Part shown: in pieces, positions 41,266 to 52,200 of the stretch
How positions within the stretch are numbered: position 1 is the first letter of the stretch
How the letters are laid out: the number at the start of each line of letters is the position of its first letter
Source of the DNA: Amoebophrya sp. A120
Taxonomy: Eukaryota; Protista; Dinoflagellata
Assembly (NCBI GenBank): GCA_905178155.1
Contig: CAJINV010000002.1
Location: 11,138,634 to 11,202,633, forward strand
DNA: 64,000 nt
Reading direction: 5' to 3'
Made by a program: the position numbers and the translations under genes
Notes under the pieces: generated by a model
What the model was told of the DNA's origin: nothing
The model's database searches: none
Seen by the model: only the letters and a program-made list of their open reading frames with translations

Positions 41266-41859
41266 ATGTTGGCAGCCCTGATTGTATTCTCGTTGACGTT
41301 GGCGATAGCAGCGAGAGTACGGAATCATGCGGTCTCGCCTTGCTTTGGGAAGGAGGGTCGTTTGGCACTGGCGGTTCGAACCCGTTACCCTTGCGAACTT
41401 TTTCCGTCCCAAGCCAAGGCCCTTGGCTTTCTTTGGTGGTTTGTCCTTCGATCCTCTGATCCCATTGCAACGCGAGGCCGCAAGGCTATCGGTTTTCGTC
41501 CGCTCGAAGCTTTCCACTTCGGGTACATGCCACTGGTCGGTCCGTCGTCATCGCTACGCCTTCGTCTATGGGGCGCACCGGTTTCCCAAATTCATCGTCT
41601 GGCCGCAGGCGTCGCGCCGGGTTCTTTGGGCTGCTTCGGCGTACCGGCCTCCGCCGGTGGGGTAGGTGCTTCCAGGGCGCCTCCTCGTGCGACGCAGTGG
41701 GAGATGCTCCCATCGAGCGATCATCCATAGGGTGATCCTTCCGCGGTGACTGAATAAAATAAGCATGGTCTGACAGCACGGTTTGTGAGCAAAACCAAAA
41801 GCAAGAGCCAAACTCGTGATCGTGATCGATACTGAGGAAAAAAAACGACAAATCTTTCC

Positions 41860-44800
41860 ATGGGATCATCCAAGGTGACGAAGCATCCGCTTGAGGCGGC
41901 CGCCAGCCTGCAGGATTTGAAGAAGAAGAGCAAGTTGCTCAGTATCCGGTTTCAGGCCCCAGAGCTCGATCTAGATGTCGGCGTTGCGGTGCGCTTAGGA
42001 ACCTCGACGGGCAGCAGCCTGGGGAGTAGCTGTAGCTCCTCGTCGGAGAATTTTACCGCTGTCCCCTGCATGGCGGCAGATCTGATAACTAATGCCACGA
42101 ATACACTACACGAGTATTTCCCCAGTCACTCTTCTGCCCACGGGGAGGACCGAGTGACCGTGTACGCGAAAAGGCCGCACCGGAGCGAGCTGCGGGTCCG
42201 GGCGAGGGGCAGCTTTCAAGACGGGGGGAGCTCCAGCTCCACTTTTCCCGCTACGAGGTTGTACGACGAGGCAGGCGACGAAGAGGAGGAGGACGGGGCA
42301 GGCGCAGAAACCTATGCCCGGTCCGTCCGGCACTTGATTTCAAAACTTGAAGAGTCCCGGAAAGTTGCCGCTCTCAAAGACGCGTAATACAAACATTGAA
42401 GTGCATTCATTTTCCGTTGTGATGATCATTTGGCTCATCATCGTTCTTGTTGTGCGTCAGATCCTATGTAGAATCGGCTGATATGATTATAAACGCGGAA
42501 AGTCAAACACAAAATGAAAAAGAAACACAGTTGTGCCGTATCGCGAAATATCAAATTCTAGGTATGTGGAGGTCGTGGCCGAGAAGTACACCGAGGCAGT
42601 GAAAAAGTTGACCAATTTTCGCCAAGAAGCGCTAAAAGAAATCGCAAATTTACGCAACCAGCTCGCGATGGCCCGGAAAGATGGGACGACGTACCAGCAC
42701 AGAAGCGTAACCTTTCTTGACGACGCCGAGATCGAAAAGTATCGGTTTCTAGTTTTTGTCTACTTGATGTTACGTTTTTCTATTTGATTGTCGTACTGCA
42801 GAGATCGTGCTAGCCTCAGCCGCAGACCAAGTGTCACTGTGTATCGTTGCTTGTATTGAGGTTGAACTTCTGCTCCGGTTGGCGTCTGGCTCGCGTTAAC
42901 AGTACCAAGTGCATAACGTACTTCTGCATCGTTCTACTCTTTTCGCTTGCCGCTTATTTGTTGCAACAAAAATCGATCAGTAAGTACGGAGTCCCGGGCT
43001 GGCAGACCATTGTTGACCAAGCAATCGCACGCTGGGAGGGCGAGCAGTCTATGATACCGAAAAAAGGTGGTTGCACAAAAAACGCGTTTCATTTATTTTT
43101 GTTTGAAAGTAGGGCTGGTGAACCTAAGCAACCGAGGACCTCTACTACGCAGCAAGAGTTAAACTTGTAGTTTTTGTAGATCGACGGTATTAATCAATAG
43201 AAATGTAGCACAAGGGATTGTTACTGCTTGTGATTGTAGTGGTCAAGTATGAAATACCAATGCAAATGCGTACTGAACAGTACTAGAGTAAGTTGGAGTG
43301 GCAAGTCGAATTGATCGAAAGGCTACATCACCATTAATATGTCGCGCGACGTTACTAGTACTAGTTTGCACCCACCGACCGTTTTATTGCATACTGGTAA
43401 AGGAGTTTGCGTTCTCGAAGCTGTTGAAACCACAGACGGAAAACGAGAAGAAACTCCAATTGGTCACCAGCACAACAACTGGCACGGGACCCGCGCCCCC
43501 TCCCGCAAGAATTAGCAATGACAAGGACTTTCACGTGCATCGCAATCCGAATATGATTCTGGATTCCGCCACAGAAGTGCAAAAGGTGCAGGAAATGCAG
43601 CAGGGAGAGTACTTCGAGTACCACAAAATCGTGTCAAAGCCCGAGCCGGAGCCGCCGCTCCCGCTGTTTTTGCCGTCGCCCAAGCGCAACCGCGCAAACG
43701 CGATCTGCGACCTGGAATCGCTGGAAAAGCAGCGGAGGCATTCGGTGCACGCCGCGGATCTGCCGAAGCCGAGCGCTTTCGGGGACATGCGCGTCGAAGA
43801 GACGGAAGGAGACGTAGAAAAGAAGAAAACGGAAACAACGCGGACGAGCGGACTCAACCTAGTGTCGTCGACGACAACGACGTATCAGCGTTCTTTTTTT
43901 TATTTGTGACTTGTTTTCATTTTTTTGTCACTGACTCATGCTCATCACTGCTCTTCCTTTGTTTTTGAGATACGGGCGGCTGAAGAGCCTCAAGCGATCC
44001 AACAGATTGAGTTAATGAATGAAGAAGCCTGAGCGAGATATGTTAATGTTTGATGAACCTAATTTGAAAACTGAATTACTTGAAACATCAGGCAGCCATC
44101 CACGCGCGCGACGAGTGGGGCGCGCACTCCTGTCAGGCACACCACGTTTCTTATGGCGAGAAAAATTATACAATTTAGCATTGCTTTTTCTCCATCGCGA
44201 GCCGCCACTCTTGCTTCGATATGCATTTGGATTTGCAACACCCTCGTCTTGTCAGATCCTTGTCTCCAGCTGGTCATTTATTTCACTGCAAGTAGTTCTT
44301 GTAAATTAAAATTTGAGACGAGTGGCATCAAAAACCGTAGCAGAGATCGCATGCTGAAAATTACGGTGATACTGTTTACCGGTGGGAGCCCGCCGCGGTC
44401 GCCAGCTTCAAGTGTCGCCTCTGTCCCGCTGTTCGAACGGATGGTAAAGAAAATGATCGTAGCTATAGTGAGGTTATCCAGTGCAAAAGTATCGTACTCG
44501 TATAAATCCTCCCCGATTTTGATCCATGATAAAACTTAGAAGCTGGTGGGAAGTTGTTGAGAAGTAGGTGGATAAGTGGGTGAGAAGTCCGCGGCGAAGT
44601 TGGTTTGGAAGCCGGTGAGAGGTGGCCGGGTGTGTTGGCGTCGCCATCGCCTCGGCCGAGTGGCGTGGCACGTCACTCCACCGCCGCGAGTTCTACCGCC
44701 TTCGCTGCCTGCAGCTGCAGCTGCAAGGGCTGGAAGGAGAGTTTGCGCTGCAGATAAATAGACAGACGCCCAGTGTCATTGTTTCCATTCATCTGCGGCG

Positions 44801-46858
44801 CAGTTCGACCAGTTGGCATCACGGCACCATGCGCGAAGACTTAGAGAAGATGTATCAAAAGGCGCATCTGTGATGGCTGCACGCAAAGACGCAAGCACCA
44901 CAGACGAAATAAAGCTGCGCGCGACGTTGTGGAGCCGGGGCTGGACGCCGCAGGAGCTAACTAATCCATTAATGAGCTAGCTAATTGCTTAGTTAACTCA
45001 TTAACCTCGCCAGCGCCCTTGCTTTTCTTTCGGATAAAAACGCAGCTTCGCGTGACACCTACACAAAGTAAAGCCTTTTTTTCTCCGCAGCTTTTCAACA
45101 AGTTTTCCTCAAGTTCTCAACAACTTCTCAACAACTTCTCGGACAAGATATAAATCAAATTCTTTAACTTCGCAGACGCCCTTGCTTTTCTTGTGGTAAA
45201 AAACGCAAGTTTGCGTGTATCCTACACAGTTTGCGGCGTTTTTTGCTCTGCAGCTTCTCAACAACTTCTCAACAACTTCTCGACCAACATATCTAAGATA
45301 TTTGGCGAGAAGTTGCTGAGAAGTTGTCGTGAAATTCATTTCCTAGAGAATGCTCTGCTTTTCCCAAAAGACCATTCTTTAAGAGTTGTCTTTTGGGAAA
45401 AGCTAGAGAAGGCTTTGGGCTTCTAAGAGTCTTAGAAGCCCAAAGCCTTTCTGCAAAAGCAGGCTTTGGAGCTCCCACAGCGCTCACATTTGCGCGGAGG
45501 CGCGACCAAAGTAAGTATGCACAGCCAAACTGATTCGCGACTGCGCACGCGGCCACGAATCGAGATCCGGCAAACTCGTGAGACACCAGCCAAAGGCTGG
45601 TAGAGAATTTGGCGCGCCTAAAGTAAGCTCAAATCCGTGCCAACTCCCCGAACAAACCCACCCGCCGACTCCCGCCAACTTCTCAACAGCTGGGAAGTTG
45701 GTGAAAAGATTGGGGAGAAGATGGTGAGAAGTTGGCGGGAAGTTGGTTGGAAGTACGTGAGAAGTTGCCGAGATGTTTTATGCATAACAGAGCGAGATTT
45801 ATACGAGTGCGATACTTTTGCACAGGATAGAGGTTCTCGTTCTCTCTTCGACCTCTCAAAAATAAAAGTCAAACAAGTTCTGTTGAACAATTTCAATCTC
45901 TTCTTCACTGCTTGGCCATCTTGCTGTAGCAGCTCTGCATGATCGTCACTCGTAATCATACTGGTTGTACGTACAAGGATTCGCCTTCTAGCAGTTTGAT
46001 TTATCATTATTTGGTTCCTGGACGTGGTCGCGCTGATGTCATGTGCGAGCCTCTCCTACACACAGTCGAGTCCACCAGCCTTATGCGAGGAACTGGAGGT
46101 CAAGGGTCTTACTCATACTGCAACACCAATATCACAGTCAACCACTGGGAGCTTCGAAGACGGGCTTTCCTCGTCCTCCGATGCGCGGTTTTCGAACCAG
46201 CCAGGATCCTGCACCAGTACGGTATCGACGTGGTCTTTCTCGACTAATGAAACCAGAGCCTCGCCGGTAGAGCAGCACTTGATCACATTTGATACCGGGA
46301 AAGCGCTCGGAAACGCAGCGATAAATCGCGGACGTACCAAACAGAAATTGCAGAACCTGCAGGTGGCCGCTTCTAGGACCTGGAAAACTAGAGAGCCACG
46401 CTTCGCGGATGCTAGTATAAATGTTGCTTTGATACTAGAAATACTAAATACAGACTCAAACGGGCTCGCTGGCCGCCGTATCGATCTTCAGCTGTACTCT
46501 TTTGCGACTCAGCATGACTGCCTACGGTCACTCGCACGCGACCCCCGGCGCACTTCGTTCGTTAACATTTCTCGAAATTCAAATCGATACGAGAGCCGTT
46601 CTGTCAGCAGTATCATCACACTCGAACAAGCCCAAGCGGCCCCCATCCCCAATGATCATGGTTCGTTCTCGCCCAACTACAGACCGACTGGCACAGGAAT
46701 TTCAGAAGAACGTGTCCCAATTCGAGAACGAGCCGCCGTTGCCGGTAAGGAAGAAAAAACAGAAGCCGGAGGGGACCGCCTTTTACCCAGCGGTATTGGG
46801 CCACCTGAAGCCAACCGGAAGGAGAAAATCCCTCCCCCTGCGAAGCCTGAACAAATAA
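41860..46858 (+). CDS. Hypothetical multi-exon gene with short coiled coil; 3' exon structure unresolved
   Basis: Exon-like ORFs at 41860-42383, 42562-42738, ~42981-43049, ~43399-43881, ~44380-44442 (PLFERM then GTAAAG) and ~46590-46858; first intron GT-AG. Confidence 0.45.
43050..43393. mobile_element. Degenerate introner-like TIR element
   Basis: TATG...CATA ends with inverted GGTGG(T/G)TGCA block; flanks CAGTC/CTGGT; removing 349 nt restores frame into KEFAFSKLLKP. Confidence 0.5.
44475..45829. mobile_element. 1.35-kb non-autonomous TIR transposon, 5-bp TSD GAGGT, probably intronic
   Basis: GAGGT|TATCCAGTGCAAAAGTATCGTACTCGTATAAATC ... GATTTATACGAGTGCGATACTTTTGCACAGGATA|GAGGT (32/34 TIR match); many internal GAGAAGTT/AACTTCTC motifs; internal direct repeat ~45001 vs ~45164. 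Confidence 0.92.
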
Positions 46859-48399
46859 CGAGACGATAGCGACGGAAAAGGAAATACTTGGTAAAATACA
46901 AACCGTTGGATAATATCAGCATTTCCATTTCGATTTCTTTCGCAACTAGCCTCAGGCATAATCACACCTGGTGGAGGCAACCCGTAAGTATCAATCAGAC
47001 GCTCTGCATATGCATATCATTGCGGTGCAAGTTCTTCTTTCCTGCTTGAAAGCGAAAGGTGATGCGGTACTAGCTCGTCTGAATGTATGATTATTTCTCG
47101 GTCAAGAATTTGTTCTCCTTCTCATTGAGTCTTCTAAAGCCAATACGAGCGTGTTGTCACCGAACTCGGAAAACGATCGCGTACAGACAACAATTTCTTT
47201 GCCGAGGGCACTGCAAAAAGTTTCGAGTAAATAGTGAATTTGCCGCCCCGGATGAAAGACATCTGAGCAACTTTGTAGAAGCCGTGTACTATGTCTCCGC
47301 TTCAACTTCGGTGAAGCGTTGGCGTCTACATCGCATTCTACGCCGATTTAAAAACCTTTGAAATGTAACACGCTCCCTCTTGTACGTATAGTCGAAAAAC
47401 GAATGTATAATTATGCTTCATTACCTACTGCTACTTGAAGAACTTGCCATCTTTTACTCCTAGCCTCTGTCTCTCGTTTTCGCCATCAACCATATCATCA
47501 ACATCGCAGCAATTCTAGTTCATTTGTTGGCTCTTGCACCCCCACTGCTACAAAATATGGGTGGTGAGCAGAGCAGTGCTATGCAAAAGCAAATGCATCG
47601 TAGCATCACAAAAAATACCAAATTTTGCCTTCGCCATTGCCACAAAGAAAAGCAAGAAAAACATTCGCGACGTAAACGCTGATTGAGAACGATACGAGGA
47701 CATCATTTTCTTGTGAACGATTGAGCCCGAAGATACTGATAGCTCGCCGATGAAGTTTCCAAAACGATAAAGTTAGAGACGCAAAAGGAAAAGCCGACGC
47801 GGAAAAAAAAAGCAGGAAAGCCAGATTCTCGCCAGCCACAGTTTGCGTCTAGGCGCTCTTGGTTGTCAGATGAGGTCGGGGGCGGTTCCTAAAGTAGTGT
47901 TACTTTACAACAGCCACATCACATTCATAGGCTCCATGCGGGCTTGCTCAGGCGGTGCAGCCATTACACCCACTTTTTGTTTTTAGACTCGCCCTCGCAT
48001 CGGCATTAGTCGCGTCCTGCCTTAGCCTTGTGCATACTGCTTCACTTTGATTCGGATTTTGTCAGTCCCCCGCGGCGTTTGTAGTGCACTGACTCGCTGA
48101 CTCGTCGCTCATCGTGATTTGATATTATCCAGCTCCAGGTAACTCTCTGCTACTCGCTATTCCTATTCCTCATCGCCATCGTCGTCGCAAAGAATCGCAT
48201 CGCAGTATCATCGATGGCCTTGTGCTCTTCCATTCGAATTCGTGCTATGAAAGGTCCTCACCTCTTTCCGATTGTAAGTGTCGCACAGAAGTTACATTTT
48301 TTGGTTTTTGTGGAAGAGGTAGGAGGTCGGTCCTGTCGGTATGGATTTATTGCATTTGTTGTGTTGTGTTTGTGAACATCAAGAGGAAGAGCCGAAAGG

Positions 48400-51300
48400 A
48401 TGAAGCCAACCAAATCGAGTCCCCCTGGACTGCCGTCGGAGCCTGCTTCTTCATCGTCGCGTGGAGCTGCCTTGATGTCCGCGCTGGACATTATGCATTC
48501 CGACGGAAAAGAACATAGCCGGCACGATGAGAAGTTGTCCTTGTCTCGTAGTGCGACTAGCGCTAGCGCTGCAACCACAAGCAAGCCGACCACAGCCCAA
48601 CTGGAGCGCGAAATTTCTGCGAACCAAGAGAGCCTGTATCGCGCACGGATTGCGGGGCCGCTGCGAGCCGACCTTCGTGTGAAGGAGGCGCAGCTAAAGC
48701 ACGTTACTAAGCAGCTGCAAAATGTGCTGAAGGAGCATGAGGATCTCGTTTTCGAGAAAAAGTTCCTGCATGAAAAGTACCACCTGCAGGGGGCTGAGGC
48801 TCGGGAGGCCATTACGAGCTTGCAGCGCAAGAACAAAAGACTCACAGAGCGGGCAAACGGAACAAGTAGCGGTGGAGTTGTGGGCGGACCGGCTGCCGCT
48901 CCGAGTGGAGCAAGAACCACTCCAGACGTCGCTCTTGGTGTTAGCCCACCCTCACCAAATTCTCCAGGAAGGCGGGGTCGAGTCACGTTTCCCACCGCCT
49001 CCGGCCGCGGACCCGCGGGAGCTCGTGGTCTGGGGTCGCACACGGCGAGATCTGCGTCTTTTTCCACGACTACGACGACCACCCGACCAACAGGTCAGGC
49101 ATCTTCATCTCGAGTAAATTTCCGACCCCGCAGCGCGTCCCACGGAGGGACGACCGCTCTAGGAGCTGCAGGCTATAACGATGCCGACAACTTCCTCGAC
49201 GACGATTATGACACTTTTGACGAGGAACAAGCCAATTACGCCGGCACGCAAGAACTACATTTCGGAGGCCAGCATTCGCAACTTCAGGCGGCGACCACGA
49301 GCCCCGGAAGAAGTGGGGGATCCGGATCCTTTCCTGCCGGAAAAGCGGTGCTCAACACGGGCCAGCGGCAGAAACCGAACTGGAGCCGCACCCATCTGCT
49401 GAACCAGCAGCAGATGGCGAAGATGCAGGATGAGTTCAAACAGCTTCTGGCGACGCACGAGCACTACGTCTCGATTTTCACGGATTTGCTGCGGAAAAAG
49501 GATTTTTTGGTGGACAAGATCCAGACGGATTCCTCTCAAGCGCTGCAGCGGATCCAGGAGGACGAAAACGCAAAGCGGATGCGGCTGGAACGGATTTTAC
49601 GGAGCTGTCAGGATTGAAATTAACAAAGTTGAAAGAATTTGTGATGCGTAAAATCTATACCAGTTGGACACACAGTTTCCAATCGGCAAATGACAAATTT
49701 TCCTGGCCTCTGAAGCAAGTCTGTCATGCTGTTTAGGACAAGATGGCTCAGCCATTGGCTGCTCCCTGTCATGCTAGTCAGCTGCCCAATTCTTGACCCT
49801 TGTCAGCACTAGAATCCGCCTCCCTTGCGCCTTCTGCAATAGAGTCAGTCTTTGTGTCGCATTTTATGCATGACAAAGCGTATATTTGTGTTTCAACTTT
49901 GTCGATTTCGAACCTGACACATCCATAGATTTTGGAAGAGGAAAAGCGGCTCATCGAGGCCGAGTGCAGCGCCTTTCTGGCCCAGCGGGAAGTGGAGTGG
50001 GAGGAGGAAAAAAAGCAGATCGACGTGCGCGTCAAGGCTTGGGAGAATGAGGTTGCCCAACTGAAAAAGAAGCTGCAGAACGACCGCGAAGCGCACGTGC
50101 TGGAGGTAGAGCACTGGAAACGGAAACACAGCTACTACAAAGACCGGTTTGGAGAGGCCGAACAGGAGCTGAAAGAACAACTGGACACGGCAAAAAAAGC
50201 GGAGCAGATCGCCGCATCCAAAACCGCGGGCATTGAGGTATAAGTACTTTTCATCTTCATGGTCATCCGATTTCAACAACGACGTTCATACTCAAAGCAC
50301 AGTCGATAGAAGGGTGATATGCACGTTCTTCGTTCTGCATTATTTCATCACGCCGCCTGGAAAAGTTGTGTGCGTTCTTCATTGGATGTGGAGATTGTGA
50401 GCTGAGTTTTTTCTTCCTCGTTTCGCAGGCGAAGTGTCACCAGATCGAGGAGAAGTTACGGCGTGAGCACGGCGAGAAGTTGACTGAAGCCGTGGCGAAA
50501 GAGGCGAAGCGCCAGGACTTGCGGCTCGAGAACGCGCTGTCCGCACTGAAGATCGAGCATGAATCCGAAAAGGTCGATCGCCAGGCGCTGATGGACCGGG
50601 ACAAGCAACAGGCGCTCCGGGAGCTGGACCTGGCCAAAAACATGGAAGCGCAGGAACTCTTGCACCAGAAGGAGGAAGCGACGCAAAAAATGCTCACAGA
50701 CAAGGAGCACGAGCTGGCAGCGGCCAAAACGCAAATCAAAAAGGAGTTCGCGGACAACCTGCAGCAGGCACGCAGGGAGTGGGAAGAAAATCGAAGGAAA
50801 GCCGAGGAGGAAGAAAGAAAGAGGTAAAGACGATTCTTTTGCTGATGCTCATACAACATGTCGCGATAGACAACATGGAGTGCCGTTTAGTAGATTCTTT
50901 TGCGAAAGGAAGATAAAGAACGCAAGCGACATCATCATGCAGTTTTATTTTGTACGAGTGAAAAACTTTGATTTTTTCAAGAAAGTAGTTCTCGTTCTTG
51001 TTTGTTGTGGTAGGTCAGAAGAAGTGGCGCGCATGAAGACGCGGGAGCAGCATTTGGCCATCCAGGAACTAACGGCGCACCACGAACTCGCAATGGCGAC
51101 TGCGCATGGAGACTTGATTGAGAAGGCAGAGACAGCTCGCCGGGAAAAAGACGAAGAGGAGCGGAAGCGCCGGGACTTGGAGCGGCAAAAAGAGGAGAGT
51201 GAGTTCACGCTGCAGAAGCAGATCAAGGAACTGCAACGCCGCCTCAATCTGTGGGTCCACGGCTACGCCAGCGTGAAGCACCTCAAGGTAGCGCAAGAAG

Positions 51301-51655
51301 CCTTCCGACGGGCCTTAACGAGTGATCCAACGCTAAGACGATTGCCATCATTGACGGAGCGCTATGACGAACAGTCCTTCACAGAGAAGGTTAATCGAGA
51401 GCTGTAGAAATGAGCTTGGAATAAACCTCCTCGCCGTCCAGATGATTGCTTTCGTCGTGGTGTAGGTGTGAAATACGATCTTTCTTGCTGTTTGAGATGT
51501 TGTTTCAGATGGAAAGGTCGAGGCACGACTTCGCACGCAGTGTGTTTGCACAAGGACGAAGGAACACAAATCTCGCCCGAGTCCAAGACGAAGACCAAGA
51601 GGTTCAGGTGTCGTTCTGGAGCAGTTATTCTTTACAGTTTTCCCACAAAGAGTAA
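48400..51655 (+). CDS. Coiled-coil protein (multi-exon); 3' end uncertain
   Basis: Exons approx 48400-49597, 49933-50237, 50429-50823, 51014-51287 and possibly 51509-51655; GT-AG introns 50238-50428 and 50824-51013; E/K/R/Q-rich heptads. Confidence 0.7.
49598..49927. mobile_element. Introner-like TIR element, TSD GATTT
   Basis: GATTT|TACGGAGCTGTCAGGATTGAAATTAACAAAGTTGAAA ... TTTCAACTTTGTCGATTTCGAACCTGACACATCCATA|GATTT (30/37 TIR match); removing 335 nt gives RLERIL-EEEKRL. Confidence 0.88.
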
Positions 51656-52200
51656 GTCACTTTGTCATTGATCAGCTTCATGATGTTAAGTCAAGGAGAT
51701 CCCTCGAAGGCAAAAAATTTAAAGATTTAGGCGGCTCCTGTGTCTCCACATTTTCCACCGTCACTACAGTAAAATTTGGTTCCGCGCAGTGTCGGCAGAG
51801 CAAATCCAAATCTCCCCTTCTGAGAACACGATCTTGATCCTCAACTAAAAACGATCCAGGGATGTGGTAGCGATCACGTCTTTCGTGATGAGAAGTGAAA
51901 TTTTGTCCGACACGAAATCGCCGTTCCATCTTTCTGATTCAAAATTTAGATCCGCTTTTCATCGCTTGCGCAGATCACAAAAACAAGACCAACGAGGACT
52001 CGTGGTGGCGCAAGACGCAAAGCGTGTTTAGGGAACGAAGTAGTCTGATGTTTCAGGATTTCATGGGAAAAAGCATTTCTGTGCTCTGATAAACAGGAAC
52101 TAGCGATTTGCTGTACTTGCACTTTGGTTGCAAGCACTTTGCACTTGGAATTTCTCTTCCTTACTGAGTCGTCGTTCTTTTGCGACAAAAACCTGGCAAG

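Noticed and set aside
40708-41730. CRISPR array or 340-aa repeat protein
   Set aside because: Units abut with no unique spacers, there are no cas genes, and the context is eukaryotic. The ORF is a by-product of the minisatellite.
43883-43972. Possible introner TATC...GATA
   Set aside because: TSD-type removal leads straight to a TGA and the inverted repeat is only 4 bp.
44152-44371. Possible introner TATGG...TGATA
   Set aside because: No convincing TSD or stem, and the frame is open without removal.
49741-49765. Dinoflagellate spliced-leader relic (AGCCATTGGCT)
   Set aside because: Only a short partial resemblance to CCGTAGCCATTTTGGCTCAAG, and it lies inside an introner.
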